Shown: one piece after another, positions 1 to 12,677 of the stretch
How positions within the stretch are numbered: position 1 is the stretch's first letter
Layout of the letters: the number at the start of each line of letters is the position of its first letter
Assembly (NCBI RefSeq): GCF_006345805.1
Contig: NW_021831995.1
Location: forward strand, 1 to 62,869
Length of the DNA stretch: 62,869 nucleotides
Reading direction: 5' to 3'
DNA from: Octopus sinensis
Lineage: Eukaryota
The notes under the pieces: model-generated
What the model saw: only the letters and a program-made list of their open reading frames with translations
Told to the model about the DNA's origin: nothing
Database searches by the model: none
Translations under genes and position numbers: made by a program

Positions 1-330
1 TCATTTTCTTCCTTTAATTCTACTGGCAAAGTTTCACTATCTGCATTCTCTTCCTCCTCCTTCCGTTCACCGCTTGTCATACTATCCCGTCTCTTAATGC
101 TTTCTAGTTCAACTGGAGATAACCATTCATTCTTTCTGCTGGTTCTAGCTTGTTCATACAGATTTTGTTCACTCAATTCAAATAGGCCACTGTCGCTCTA
201 AGCCCTGTTCATTCATTTCCTATATCCTTTAGCGGGTATTTCATTATCATTCTTCAGATTATCCCGAAAGTCGCATTCTATTACAATCACATTCATTTCT
301 TTCGTTCACCTTCTTTTAGCAGTTGCTTGA
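1..330 (-). pseudogene. Decayed N-terminal region of an R4/Dong-like non-LTR retrotransposon ORF
   Basis: Manual minus-strand translation gives KRR*TKEMNVIVIECDF..GYRK*MNRA*SDSGLFELSEQNLYEQARTSRKNEWLSPVELESIKR. This resembles the recalled R4/Dong N-terminal motif (W..E.N..VMECY...GYR.RM...W...SEQRL.DQAR.I.KN.WLS..ELE.IK). It has in-frame stops and runs off the window edge. Confidence 0.5.
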
Positions 331-581
331 TGACGACTGGGCCCACGCTGCTCACTCGTGGGGCATCTCCTGGGCGAAAGACCTTCACAAGGTGTTCCAG
401 CCTCATTCACGCCGTTCTCATTTCTATTTTTACTTGACATGTCAGCACTCATGATGAGGGCTAGTGAATTTTATTGAATTATTATTAGTATTTAGGCGGC
501 GGGACGGCAGAATCGTTAGTACGCCAGACTATACATTTAGCGGCATTTCGTCCACATGGCTGAAATCATGTATAATGTTAA

Positions 582-631
<50 letters not shown>

Positions 632-712
632 TAAAGTACAATTGCAAGGTATCGCACGAGTGAAGATATATAGGGAAGAGGATTTGAAAATGCAGGGGTC
701 CTTTAAAGATAG

Positions 713-796
713 TTATTGACTTGACCGGTTTCAGTTTTTTAAAAAATTGATTTTCATATCTTTTTTTAAAAAAGTGAAACCGGTCAAGTCAATAAA
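713..796. repeat. Inverted repeat (21-bp arms) inside a (TA)n-embedded island
   Basis: ttattgacttgaccggtttca ... tgaaaccggtcaagtcaataa are exact reverse complements. The arm contains GAAACCGGTC, the 3' half of a minimal hammerhead. Confidence 0.8.
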
Positions 797-816
797 CATG
801 AGGTTTGATATATATA

Positions 817-851
<35 letters not shown>

Positions 852-927
852 CTGCGTATATCAAACCTCACTGATTGACTAGAAGGATAAAAGGTAGATC
901 ATAACGAGATGGAAAAAAAAAAGTAAA

Positions 928-998
928 TCCCGCAAGAAATATCTTTCCACCATTCTACCAATTTCTACCATAGCTTCATCAGTTTTTTTTTTTGCGAG
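928..998 (-). ncRNA. Degenerate type I hammerhead-like motif
   Basis: Minus strand reads tctcgc(a)11-CTGATGA-agcta..tggtg-GAAA-gatattTC-ttgcggga. Stem I (tctcgcaa/ttgcggga) is disturbed by a poly-A expansion. Confidence 0.5.
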
Positions 999-1354
999 AG
1001 TAATGCAGTGTTAACTAGAAGCACGTTGACAGAATATATAATCAGTTCACATCACAACAAGATGGCATCTCACCCCCTCTCTCCCTCCCTCTCTTTCTCT
1101 CTCTACGTGGTTTCATCCACTCTCCCCTCCTCATTTCTCCCTCTCTCTGTTTCTAACTCTCTCCACCTCTCTGCTTCTTTCTCTCGTTCTCTCTGAATTT
1201 AGAACGAAGAACGTATTTATCTGTAATGTTTTATCTTGGCAGCAGAAGGGCGTAAACCACAACTTAATGACAGCCTCGAATATTTCCTTACGGTCATTAA
1301 CGCTAGATTTACAATGGCGAAGCTGCTACTTGGTTTCACTACTCGATCGAATTG

Positions 1355-1379
1355 CTTCACACACACACACACACTCACT

Positions 1380-1431
<52 letters not shown>

Positions 1432-1558
1432 AACACACACATACACACACATACACACACACACACACAGACACACACACTCTCTCTCTCACACACACAA
1501 GTACATTACACGTACACCAATAATATATACACACAAAAGCGTACGAACTATCCGTGTC

Positions 1559-1596
<38 letters not shown>

Positions 1597-1638
1597 TATA
1601 TATATTGTATCTATCTATCTATTGATATGTCTCTCTCT

Positions 1639-1670
<32 letters not shown>

Positions 1671-2320
1671 CACACCCACACACACACATATACAAATATT
1701 CATACACAAATGTAAGAATGTATATGTATATATATATATGTGTGTGTGTGTGTCTGTGTGTGTATGTATATATAAATCGGTGTTTGTGTGTGTGTGTTTG
1801 TATGTTGTATGTGTGTATGAGCAGTATCTCTCCATCCCTCTCTATGTATTTTCTTTTCACTCTCTCTCTCTCTTCTTTCTCTCTCTCTCTGTTTCTCTCC
1901 CCCTCCGCATTCTCTCTCTCTCTCTGTCATGCGCTTACTATCGTGTTCTTACAAATACAAAATTTAAAGTACTTCATCCACATTATACATAGATCTTGTG
2001 TGTATTGGGCAGATGTGTGTCTAAGTATCTATGTGTGTGTATGTGTGTGTATGTGTGTGTGTGTGTGTGTGTGTGTACATACATACATACATACAATCGT
2101 ATACACATACATATATGAACATACATACTTAGAAACACACGCATAGATATTTGTATATAAACATACGAGCATTTATTCACGTACCTATGTACACATCTAT
2201 ATATATATATAATATATATGACTGTTTGTATATATGTCTTTCTGCCTGTCTATGTGCCTGTATGTCTGTTTGTAAGCATGTACGTATGCATGTGTATGTA
2301 TGCATGTATATGTGTGCGCA

Positions 2321-2407
<87 letters not shown>

Positions 2408-2410
2408 CCA
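1355..2410. repeat. Compound microsatellite block (CA)n/(TA)n/(CT)n/(TG)n
   Basis: Direct reading. It is the source of the poly-HT, YI and CV pseudo-ORFs. Confidence 0.95.
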
Positions 2411-2979
2411 TGAGCGCGTGTGTAACTGTTTATCTAGACTTGGAGCCGAATGTTTTACATACTAACCACTAACATATTCCGCCGTTTGAAGAATGCCTTA
2501 GTGTCAGCAACTGCTAGCCAAATTCTTGTTTTATCGTTACATCTGCAGAGGAAGGGCGTTGCCTATATCTCTCTTAAAACCTCACTAAATAGATTTGGGT
2601 GGGACACACATAATGCGTAGTTCGAAAAATTAACGTTTAGTTTTCTGGCGGGAATACATGATATGGGAAGTCGAGTATTTAACCGAGTTGGAAATAAAAC
2701 GGACTTGAAACAGAGTGCTCAGTGGTTCCTATTCTGGTATTGGACCCTGGGTCTAGCCTCTTCCAGCTTTCTAGCCTTTTTTATTCGTTATCTTTTACTT
2801 GTTTCAGTCATTGGACTGTGTCCATGCTGAAGCACCTCCTTGAAGTGTTTAGTCGAACAAGTCGAACACTCTACTTGTTTTTATGACTGGTAACTCATTC
2901 TATAGATCACTTTAGCTGAACCGCTAAGTTTTGGGGACATAGACAACCCTACACCGGTTGTAAAGAGGTTGTGAGAATA

Positions 2980-3423
2980 AACCTACATGCATGCATATAT
3001 ACGTGCATACATAAATGTTTGTTTGTTTGTGTATGTATGTATGTATGTATGTATGTATGTATGTATGCATGTATGTATGTATGTATGTATGTATGCATGT
3101 ATGTATGTATGTATGCATGTATGTATGTATGTATGTATGTATGTATGTATGTGTGTATGTGTGTGTATGTGTGTCTAACTGTCCGAAACGGTCATGAATT
3201 CTGTTACTTGACTGAGGAAAGAGGGTTACATGCATGCATATATACGTGCATACATAAATGTTTGTTTGTTTGTGTATGTATGTATGTTATGTATGTATGT
3301 ATGTATGTATGTGTGTATGTGTATATGTATGTATGTATGTGTGTATGTGTGTGTGTGTGTATGTATGTCTAACTGTCCGAAACTGTCATGAATTCTGTTA
3401 CTTGACTGAGGAAAGAAGGTTAC
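2980..3423. repeat. Tandem duplication (units of about 245 and 195 bp), each with an internal (TATG)n of different length
   Basis: acatgcatgcatatatacgtgcatacataaatgtttgtttg and ctaactgtccgaaac[g/t]gtcatgaattctgttacttgactgaggaaaga each occur twice. Confidence 0.9.
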
Positions 3424-3624
3424 GAATGACCCGTCTTTGTTTGCCTGTCCCTCTAATTGTCGTTTGTCTTGTCTGCCTTTGTATCGTCTATCTTTCCGAA
3501 TGTTTTATTGTCCTCTATTGCGTTTTTTATTCCATTATATATATATATATAATATATATATCATATATATATATATAATAATTATATATATATCTATATA
3601 TATATATATATATTATATATATTC

Positions 3625-3834
3625 AAAATGTGACCTCGTGTGTACCGTTGGCGATTTTTTTTCTCTGTCTTCCCTTCTCTGAATCTTTCCTTCTCCTATG
3701 TTTCCGACGGAGAGCTCCGCTCGAAACGTTAAACCCTCCTTCTTTCCTTCTTTCCTGAGCGTCCAATAATACTATATTTGTTCCACGTCCTCGCGTTGTT
3801 GTGTTTTTTTTGTGCTTTCTTGTTTGGGAAATTA

Positions 3835-3838
<4 letters not shown>
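3625..3838 (+). mobile_element. Short (TA)n-embedded element with a minimal hammerhead-like motif (family H1, copy 1)
   Basis: About 215 bp flanked by (TA)n. Motif gttt-CCGACGG-agagctccgctc-GAAAC-GTT-aaac at 3700-3734. Homologous to 19445-19665 and 50022-50220. Confidence 0.8.
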
Positions 3839-3906
<68 letters not shown>

Positions 3907-3925
3907 TATATGTATATGTATATAT

Positions 3926-3971
<46 letters not shown>

Positions 3972-4055
3972 GTATATATCTATATATATATATATATGTA
4001 TATATGTATATGTATATATGTATATGTTATATATAATATATATAATAATATATAT

Positions 4056-4089
<34 letters not shown>

Positions 4090-4114
4090 ATATAGCTATA
4101 TATATATATAATAT

Positions 4115-4400
4115 TTAATTATCGATTTTATCAAGTGGCCAGCATGAGAATTAAAACTTCAAGGTAATAATTATTATTAAAATTATATTTAGTATCTAAG
4201 AGATAAGTTCACGCTGGAATAGCGCCGAAACTTGACTCTAAAACCACATTATATGTTCATACAGCACTAGGAGAGAAGACAAAAGGACAAGATGAACTAA
4301 CAAAAAAAAAAAAAAAAAATTACCGGATAATTCCAGATCCCAGATTTCTGATTTTGCATAAGAAATGCTTTGTCTCATCAGTGGAATATACTCTGATAGT
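4115..4400 (-). mobile_element. (TA)n-adjacent Penelope-like terminal fragment with a hammerhead at 4331-4386
   Basis: Minus strand reads ttcca-CTGATGA-gacaaagcatttcttatgcaaaatca-GAAA-tctggg-ATC-tggaa. Stem I (ttcca/tggaa) is a perfect 5 bp, stem III is atc(t)/(g)gat, and the cleavage triplet is AUC. Confidence 0.65.
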
Positions 4401-4461
4401 AACATATAAAAATATAATATACGAATACTAACACATACGAACGTATACATACATATATATG

Positions 4462-4726
4462 CACTGAAAGAAACTGAAAGAAGCCCGTCGTATATCTGTA
4501 TATATATATGTGTGTTTGTTTGTGTGTCCGTGTTTGTCCCCCTAGCATTGCTTGACAACCGATGCTGGTGTGTTTATGTCCCCGTCACTTAGCGGTTCGG
4601 CAAAAGAGACCGATAGAATAAGTACTGGGCTTACAAAGAATAAGTGTCGGAGTCGAGTTGCTCGACTAAAGGCGGTGCTCCAGCATGGCCGCAGTCAAAT
4701 GACTGAAACAAGTAAAAGAGTAAAGA
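4462..4726 (+). mobile_element. SINE family A (5'-truncated)
   Basis: Body gaaactgaaagaagcccgtcg, internal (TA)/(TG) repeat, and tail cttgacaaccgatgctggtg...ggccgcagtcaaatgactgaaacaagtaaaagagtaaa. Confidence 0.9.
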
Positions 4727-4926
4727 GTATATCTGATAGGTGCAAACTGACCAGTGGTTAAACAACTAAAACAGCATAGCATAAGTAGGCACAGATTGCC
4801 GCTCAAATCAACAGAAATATTTTATACAATGTGTCCAAAAGTTGCTGGTTTTAATTGTGAAAGCGTAATGGCCGTTTGGATAGGGTCATTCGCAACCCGT
4901 TACTCATAAATCGTGATTTCGTAATA

Positions 4927-5326
4927 CTCTCTTTTACTCTTTTACTTGTTTCAGTCATTTGACTGCGGCCTTGCTGGAGCACCGCCTTTTAATCGAGGAA
5001 ATCGACCCCGGGACTTATTCTTTGTAAGCCTAGTACTTATTCTACCGGTCTCTTTTGCCGAACCGCTAAGTGACGGGGACATAAACACACCAGCATCGGG
5101 GGGACAAACACAAACACACACACAACCACACACACACACACACACACACACCATACATATATATCATATATCGACGGCTTCTTTCAGTTTCCGTCTACCA
5201 AATCCACTCACAAGGCATTGGTCGGCCCGGGGCTATAGCAGAAGACACTTGCCCAAGATGCCACGCAGTGGGACTGAACCCGGAACCATGTGGTTGGTAA
5301 ACAAGCTACTTACCACACAGCCACTC
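4927..5326 (-). mobile_element. SINE family A, near full length (tRNA-derived, ~400 bp, probably the octopus OK-type family)
   Basis: Head gagtggctgtgtggtaag...ggttccgggttcagtccc (A/B-box-like), internal microsatellite and shared tail. The family name comes from recalled length only. Confidence 0.9.
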
Positions 5327-5773
5327 TAATAGTAGCTTTTTATTTATGAATATTAACAGCAATAGACTAACACCTTATCCAAGAACAGATTGATATCACA
5401 TCTGTTTCACATGGCAAAACCGAAGCTAAGCATTAATTTATATAAGACTTCAAAGATTATTTAATGATTAAATCAGAGAACGAATCAGGGTATACTTAAC
5501 GCTTTTCGAAGTCTCTGAAACTGTTGGCTGATAGAGAAAAGAAATTATCCACAGACTTTAGCCTTAAACGAGATTTGAACTCAATTAATTAACAATTAAT
5601 TGATAAATAAATCCCACTGGGTAAGATATTTGATCCGGAACCTTTCCGTTTCTCTTATTTCATCACCGTCTTGGCACAATACATAATAGCGAGCAAAAGA
5701 AATTACCCCATTTACCGGTGTATAAGACCGTACTCTTGCATAAGACGCACCCTCTTTCACACGTGTTTTTTGT

Positions 5774-5993
5774 GAGTGGCTGTGTGGTAAGTAGCTTGCT
5801 TACCAATCACATGGTTTCGGGTTCAGTCCCACTGCGTGACACCTTGGGCAAGTGTCTTCTACTGTAGCCTCGGGCCGACCAAAGCCTTGTGAGTGGATTT
5901 GGTAGACGGAAACTGAAAGTAGCCCGTCGTATATATGTATATATATATATAATGGCGGTTGCCCCAGCATGGCCACAGCTCATTAGCTGAAAC

Positions 5994-6029
<36 letters not shown>

Positions 6030-6067
6030 GGTATATTATATATAGGTTATATATATATATATATATA

Positions 6068-6109
<42 letters not shown>

Positions 6110-6352
6110 GTGTGTGTGTGTGTGTATGTTTGTGTGTCTGTGTTTGTCCCCCCTCTACATCGCTTGACAACCGCTGCTGGTGTGTTTATGTCCTCGAAAC
6201 TTAGCGGTTCAGCAAAAGAGACTGATAGAATAAGTACTAGGCTTATAAGGAATAAGTCCTGGGGTCGATTTGCTCGACTAAACGCGGTGCTCCAGCATGG
6301 TGACTGTCAAAATGACTGAAACAAGCAAAAGAGTAAAAGAGAGTAAAGAGTA
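5774..6352 (+). mobile_element. SINE family A with expanded internal (TA)n that contains a ~45-bp related tail fragment
   Basis: Same head and tail as other A copies. ggcggttgccccagcatggccacagctc...tagctgaaac lies inside the (TA)n at ~5950-5995. Confidence 0.9.
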
Positions 6353-6452
6353 AAACAAAATAATAAAAATACATATTTAGTATGTTTCCTTAAAAGATAT
6401 TTTAAAGCAGACTCGTAAGGGAAAATGTATGATTCTGTACATATAAATTTTT

Positions 6453-6830
6453 GGAAGCACTCCGTCGGTTACGACGATGAGGGTTCTAGTTGATCCGATC
6501 AACGGAACAGCGGCTGCTCTGAAATTACGTGTATGGCTGAGCACCTCCACACCGTGTCCCCTTAACGTAGTTCTCGAGGATATTCAGCGTGACACAGAGA
6601 GTGACAAGGCCGGCCCTTTGAAATACAGGTACAACAGAAACAGGAAGTAAGAGTGAGAGAAAGTTGTGATGAAAGAGTACAACAGGGATCACCACTATCC
6701 CTGCCGGAGCCTCGTGGAGCTTTAAGTGTTTTCGCTCAATAAACACTCACAACGCCCGGTCTGGGAATCGAAACCGCGATCCTACGACCGCGAGTCCGCT
6801 GCCCTAACCACTGGGTCATTGCGCCTCCAC
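6453..6830 (-). mobile_element. SINE family C (tRNA-derived, ~380 bp, OR1-like)
   Basis: Minus-strand head ggaggcgcaatgacccagtggttaggg...ggtttcgattccc and tail ...ggatcaactagaaccctcatcgtcgtaaccgacggagtgcttcc. The head is homologous to 49425 and 58412. Confidence 0.85.
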
Positions 6831-7379
6831 ACATATAAATACATTGTCATGACTGGAATAAAAATGAAACCTTGAGTTTATCATCAGTAAACTACGTTAT
6901 ACCAGCACCATATATCTTTATCGTCTATCAGTTGACCTGTAAAGGGAGTTGCTATTCAGGGAGAGGTAAATTTAACATGTTTTCCATCTTTCTGGCAGAA
7001 TTTTCGTTTCGATAATTAAAAGATGTTTCTTAAAGGTAACAGAATCATTAAATCATTTAAAAGATATCAGGTGTAGGTTATGGTATGCTGGGGATGGAAA
7101 CATAATAAGATGGTCTGACATCTTCACATAACTGCCGACGTGCCGTAAGCAACATTTCGTAAATTTGTGCTAATAAGATTGTGAAATTTTGGCTTCTTAT
7201 AAATATTTCATTAAATAACAATTATTGTATCTAACAAACTTATGCTTACCCAGCTCTTTGACCTATGACACCTGGTCTCCAATGTGTAATATGGATGCAT
7301 TTGACACAGGAGAAATTTTTGATACATTTAAAATACAAAAAGAGCATTTTCTACGCCATGAGATACAGTGTCCAGGGAC

Positions 7380-7819
7380 GTCAGCTCATGAAAACAGTTA
7401 AGTACTATGCCAAGTTGCCGAGGTAGTAAGGAAAGGATATCAAAGCCAAACACCAAAGAAAAATGCTCCAGTACACAAGTTTCAATGGCTGCTGTGCGTG
7501 AGTGTGACTTTGAAATGGTTCATCACCCTCCTTGTTCTCCTGATTTGGCCTCATCTGACTATCATCTGTTTCACAACATAAAAAAAAATCACTTGGCTGG
7601 GAACCAGTATCGCAGTGATGATGACGTCAAATTTGCTTGTGTTGATGACTTATTTGACCAACATGGTGGAAGCTTCTTCATCATCAATGGGATTGAAGCA
7701 CTGCAACACCGATGGAAGAAGTGTGTGGACGACCACTTGTGTTGAAAAGTAAACCTCATTTGGTCACATTCTATATGAGTATCTTGGTCAGCCTATGAGC
7801 TTTTCAGCTGACCCTCGTA
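7380..7819 (+). mobile_element. Mariner transposase relic (C-terminal third plus 3' terminus)
   Basis: HPPCSPDLASSDYHLF and LQHRWKKCV in ORF 7407-7745. The end ...cttttcagctgaccctcgTA is a typical mariner TIR plus TA. Confidence 0.9.
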
Positions 7820-8389
7820 CAATAAGAAGCAATTCCGCTGCATGGAAACAGTGAAGTCATTAAGTCACAATTAAAAGATAATAACTCAAAGCCAGATCTA
7901 TTTGAGCAAACGTATGACTAGAATCCCCAGAGCTTTGATTATCTTATCCTTTATTCGCAGACATATTGTAACAATGACTATAATTTCAAATATGCTTTTA
8001 AGTCAGTAGGCTGGTTACAATTTGATAGAAATTTGACTGCTATTTCTAGCACATCGAGGAATTGCATAAAAGGTATTTCGTTTGCTCGTCTTTAGTAGCT
8101 GAAAAAAAGCACAGAGAGAGAAGGAACGACATCACTGCTGTAATATTGCACGAACGAACCCCAAAACCTTATTAATAATGGCAATTCCTGCAGGTGGTAT
8201 TTCCTGCGAACTTCCCTGTTAGTCGTAAGTCTTTTTGTTCTTGCAGTTTCTTTCCTCGGACTGCTACTCTCCGGAACACACTACCCTCTTCTTGTTTTCC
8301 TCTGATTTATGACATTCAGTTCTTTAAACTTCCTGTCAGTCAGCATCTATACATTACAGTGGCCTCCAGCCCTGTTTGGTATAAAAAAG

Positions 8390-8770
8390 CAAAGAAAAAA
8401 GCGGTTACGAGCTTTGGTGTTGGAGAACACTTTTACGGATTCCATGGACAGCGAGGCTCACCAATGGAGAAGTTCTTAAGCAGATCAGGCCAAAAATGTC
8501 GCTAGAAGCTAGGATCACCAAGCATAGATTGGCATATTTTGGTCATATTATGCGGAGAAAATCCCCGGAGAAGGACATCATGCTCGGAATGGTCAGTGGC
8601 AAGAGAGGAAGAGGCCGACCAAGAACCCGCTGGCTTGACACCATCAAGAGTGATACCGGAATGGACATAGCCAATCTGAAAGAAGCGGCCCAGGATAGAA
8701 CTGACTAAAGGAGACTGATCCAACGAGTAACCGAGAGTCGACTTCGACTGAGCGGATAGATAGATAGATA
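8390..8770 (+). mobile_element. 5'-truncated RTE (BovB-like) LINE 3' end with (GATA)n tail
   Basis: LWCWRTLLRIPWTAR..EVLKQIRPKMSLEARITKHRLAYFGHIMR...GKRGRGRPRTRWLD..AAQDRTD*R..RVTESRLRL, followed by atagatagatag. Confidence 0.9.
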
Positions 8771-8894
8771 TTACTATAACATTGCAAGGTAATGAGATAA
8801 GGACGTTAATGGGGATATCTCTACACACTAAAAGTACAAGCCACATTTTCCTCAAACTGCACACTATTGTCTTATTACTTTTTAAAGTTATCTT

Positions 8895-9960
8895 AACTGA
8901 TGTTCTATAGAAATTGGAGCCAGCACTGAAAGTGTCAACGCTTCGTATACGAATACGTCTATGTTAACAATGCGACCGAAAATAGAAAAATAGGTGATGG
9001 GTGTATATACATATTTCAGGAGTTCTTGCCCCTTCTTCAGTGCAACCTCCAACCCATTAAATATCCATGAACACATTGCTTAAATATCTACCAAATTTGG
9101 CAAACACAATTGAATAGACCAATTTTACAAATTAAAAACGTTCTTAGCAACTATTATGTATATATTAAGTGCTGGTATTGCATTATGCGACCATAATATA
9201 TTACCGAGTATATTTGTTGTATGGTGAGACTGTACACCCCTCCCGGTAAAAAGTGGTAGTAGCCAGCCATTATAAATAGACCAGTAGCCAGTTGACAGGA
9301 GAAGGTAAGAAGATCGAGAGTACGTGTAGACTGTGTTGATAGTCGTGTTTGTGCTGATATAGTAATTATACTGTGATATTGAGTGGACGTTATAACGAGG
9401 ATAGTACAGTGCCAGATAGAAAGATTCTATCGATCGCTTTGGAATAGAACAATATCTGTTAGAGCGACAACCGTCGTCAAAAGACAGATACAACAGTGGG
9501 CAAAAGACCGCTTTACAACAATATTAAAGGCTCATAAGTTAATATTGTGTCGTAGCCGTGTTAGCAAGGATATTCAGTCACCTTTTAAAGCTACTCCCAA
9601 AGATTTTCTATAGAAATTAGAGCCAGCACCGAAAGTTACGATGTTTTGTATACAAATACGTCTACGTAAACAATGCGAGAGAAGAAAGAAATGCTCTTTT
9701 TTCAGCACCACATCCAACCCATTACTCATTTACGAACGCTTTACTTAAATAGTCACTAAATTCATCGGTGCAACACAATTGGATATACACAGTCCTGGCA
9801 AGTAGGACGTGCATATGAAATGCTGATAGGCATATCGTGTTTCGTTATACAACCATAATATGCTACCGATCAAAATCTGTGTTGTACAACGTAGGAAACC
9901 TTCGTGGTTTTTATAGTGCTGTCAATAGTCAGGTGAATTATACCATTACGTAATATCTGA
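8895..9960. repeat. Old diverged tandem duplication, period about 700 bp
   Basis: ttctatagaaatt[g/a]gagccagcac[t/c]gaaagt at ~8903 and ~9607; tacgtcta..aacaatgcga, tccaacccatta, aacacaattg and accataatat recur in register. Confidence 0.75.
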
Positions 9961-10139
9961 TTATAACTGGGTGGTTACTCGACCTTTGGTTGTAGACTCA
10001 TTTGTTACTTGTTTCTTCCCCTGCCGACCTCTCATCTTCGATATAGCAACGACTGACTCATGCGGACATACACTTTACTGATTTTCTTGACAATATACAA
10101 AACGGTCACTCAACAGATTTACACGACAGGTCGTTATAA

Positions 10140-10386
<247 letters not shown>

Positions 10387-10714
10387 TGTTAGGTTCTCCT
10401 CAGAGGTATCATATCTTGTGGTGGCAAATTCACTCTGGCCCTTCCGGCTCATGCATCACTCCTCCTCTCGTCTTTAAACTTACTCAGGCTTTCTTCTAAC
10501 CATTGTACCCAGTCATTCTCCCCCAGAATATCTCTCTCAGTCATGCTATTTGTGTAACAGCCATGTCATTAGTTATTCGAAGACAGTTGCTCCTATAAAT
10601 TCTCAAAAATATTGGATTTATGGGGCGGGGAGGGGGGGAAGTTTGAAACAAAAACAGGACAGTGGAGACTACTCCATATGCAGTCTTTGACCACCTCGTG
10701 TACCTACACCTTAG

Positions 10715-11030
10715 AACCATCATGGCATCTAATGAGGCTTTTTAAACCAGACAATGTTTGGAAAAGACACCCACATAGATTGCACATCTGATTTAGACCA
10801 TCAAGAGCTGCAGATAAGTTCTGCTCTTTGTGGATCGTAAAATGTCTTTTGAGGCTTCCGTTAGTTTTGCAAACTTTCTGCCATACATTACTTCAAAGGT
10901 GTGCGCAGACATATAGACAGAATAGTTGGTAGAGGTTCGTTTTCCATGGGTTCGCAAATGAGATTTGAGCCCAGCAAAAGAAAGGCATGGTCTGTCAGAA
11001 ACTGTGCACACAAAACGGTCACTTAGATTC
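10715..11030 (-). pseudogene. Decayed array of three C2H2 zinc fingers (RTE-type LINE C-terminus or ZNF pseudogene)
   Basis: Across frameshifts: FVCTVSDRPCLSFAGLKSHLRTH, SNVWQKVCKTNGSLKRHFTIH and CNLCGCLFQTLSGLK-SLIRCH. Confidence 0.65.
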
Positions 11031-11110
11031 ACCTTCTCAATGTATATACATGCATACATACATACATACATATATAATACACACACACATATATATATAT
11101 GTCTATATAT

Positions 11111-11500
11111 CTTTACTCTGTTACTTATTTCAATCATTTGACTGCGGCCATGCTGGAACACCGCTTTTAGTCGAGAAAATCGACCCCAGGACTTATTCTT
11201 TGTAAGCCTAGTACTTATTCTATCGGTCTCTTGTGCCGAACTGCTAAGTTAAGGGGACGTAAACACACCACCATCTGTTGGTATGTTGGGGGGTGGGACA
11301 AACACAGACACACAAACATACACACACATATACATATATACATATATACAACGGGCTTCTTTCAATTTCCGTCTACCAAATCCACTCACAAGGCTTTGGT
11401 CAGCACGAGGCATTAGTAGAAGACACTTGCCACGCACTGGGAATGACCCCGGAACCATGTGGTTGATAAGCAAGTTACTTACCACACAGCCACTTCTGTA
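11111..11500 (-). mobile_element. SINE family A
   Basis: Reverse complement of the A head, body and tail. Confidence 0.9.
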
Positions 11501-11572
<72 letters not shown>

Positions 11573-11576
<4 letters not shown>

Positions 11577-11960
11577 AAAAATACAAACTGGGACAAGAAC
11601 GCAAAACATTTAGAAGACGATACAAAAAACACGGACGGGACATTCGAAGCCTTCAATCTTCAGTCAAGAACCGGATCCTCCTCGCAATTTCAGCTGATTA
11701 ATCTTGAGATTGCTCCAATCTGGCCAGCCCCAAGGAAAAACTAAGCTAAGCACATTCGATTCCTTGGAAGAAAGCTTCGAATGTATACAAAACAAAGATG
11801 GAAAAACGGACGATGTTACACGAATATGAATACAAAAATACGTAAAAACAACAATAATAATAATACGTAAAAACAATAATGATAATAATAATAACAAAAG
11901 CAGGACGTCACAAACAGGCGTCTTTCGACAGGACGAGTAAACTTGAGCTGGCCTACATCT
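11573..11960. mobile_element. (TA)n-adjacent repeat element (family H2), probably Penelope-derived
   Basis: ggacgggacattcgaagccttcaatcttcagtcaagaaccggatc...tttcagctgatta is shared with 27563-27700. Both copies abut (TA)n. Confidence 0.6.
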
Positions 11961-12435
11961 AATATAGGAAAACATTTTTCGAAAAAAATTCTATTAATGG
12001 CCAGCATATTAAAAAATACCTTTAAAGGTAAATACAGGCATGCAACACACACATACTTGAGTGGCTGCCTTCAGTCCAATATATTCCAGGCAAAATCTAT
12101 CAATCAATCTAATTTTCTGGCCCATCAGAGGAAAGTTGGTGCACATCAAACTTATAACAAAAGTGAATTTAAAAAAATAAAAATTGTAATTAAAAGGGAA
12201 TGAACTGCTTATATACTTTTGAAGAGTTATCTTTCTTGGATCATCCAAGGGAGATAAGTCAGTGATTCTTGATTTTGAAATTTCACTTGGGTTCATTAGT
12301 AAAAATATACACAAATGAAAATTAATAAATAAAAAATAAGACCACGCCTGAACTTTATAAGCTGTTGATTTTGTTTAACCCCAGGTAATCCGTAAGCGAG
12401 TAATTCATTAATTACTCAACGTATGCTTTTCTTTA

Positions 12436-12635
12436 AAGCGTGACTGTTTGGCAAGAAGATCGCACCCCAGCCACCTACTTCTGGGTTCAGTCCCACTGCA
12501 TGGTACCTAGGAGATGAGTCTTCTTCTGTAGCATCGGGACAATTGAAATGTGGTGAGTGGTTCTGATGCACGGAAACTGAAAGAAGCCCGTTGTATATAT
12601 CGGCGCGGGAGTGGCTGTGTTGAAAGAAGCTTGCC

Positions 12636-12677
<42 letters not shown>

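Noticed and set aside
3180-3230. Permuted hammerhead (GAAAC-G-GTC ... CTGAGGA) in the tandem duplication
   Set aside because: Stems I and II do not pair adjacent to the core.
11630-11670. Hammerhead in family H2 (minus-strand CTGAAGA...GAAT-GTC; also ~27640)
   Set aside because: GAAA is absent in both copies and there is no stem I or II pairing.
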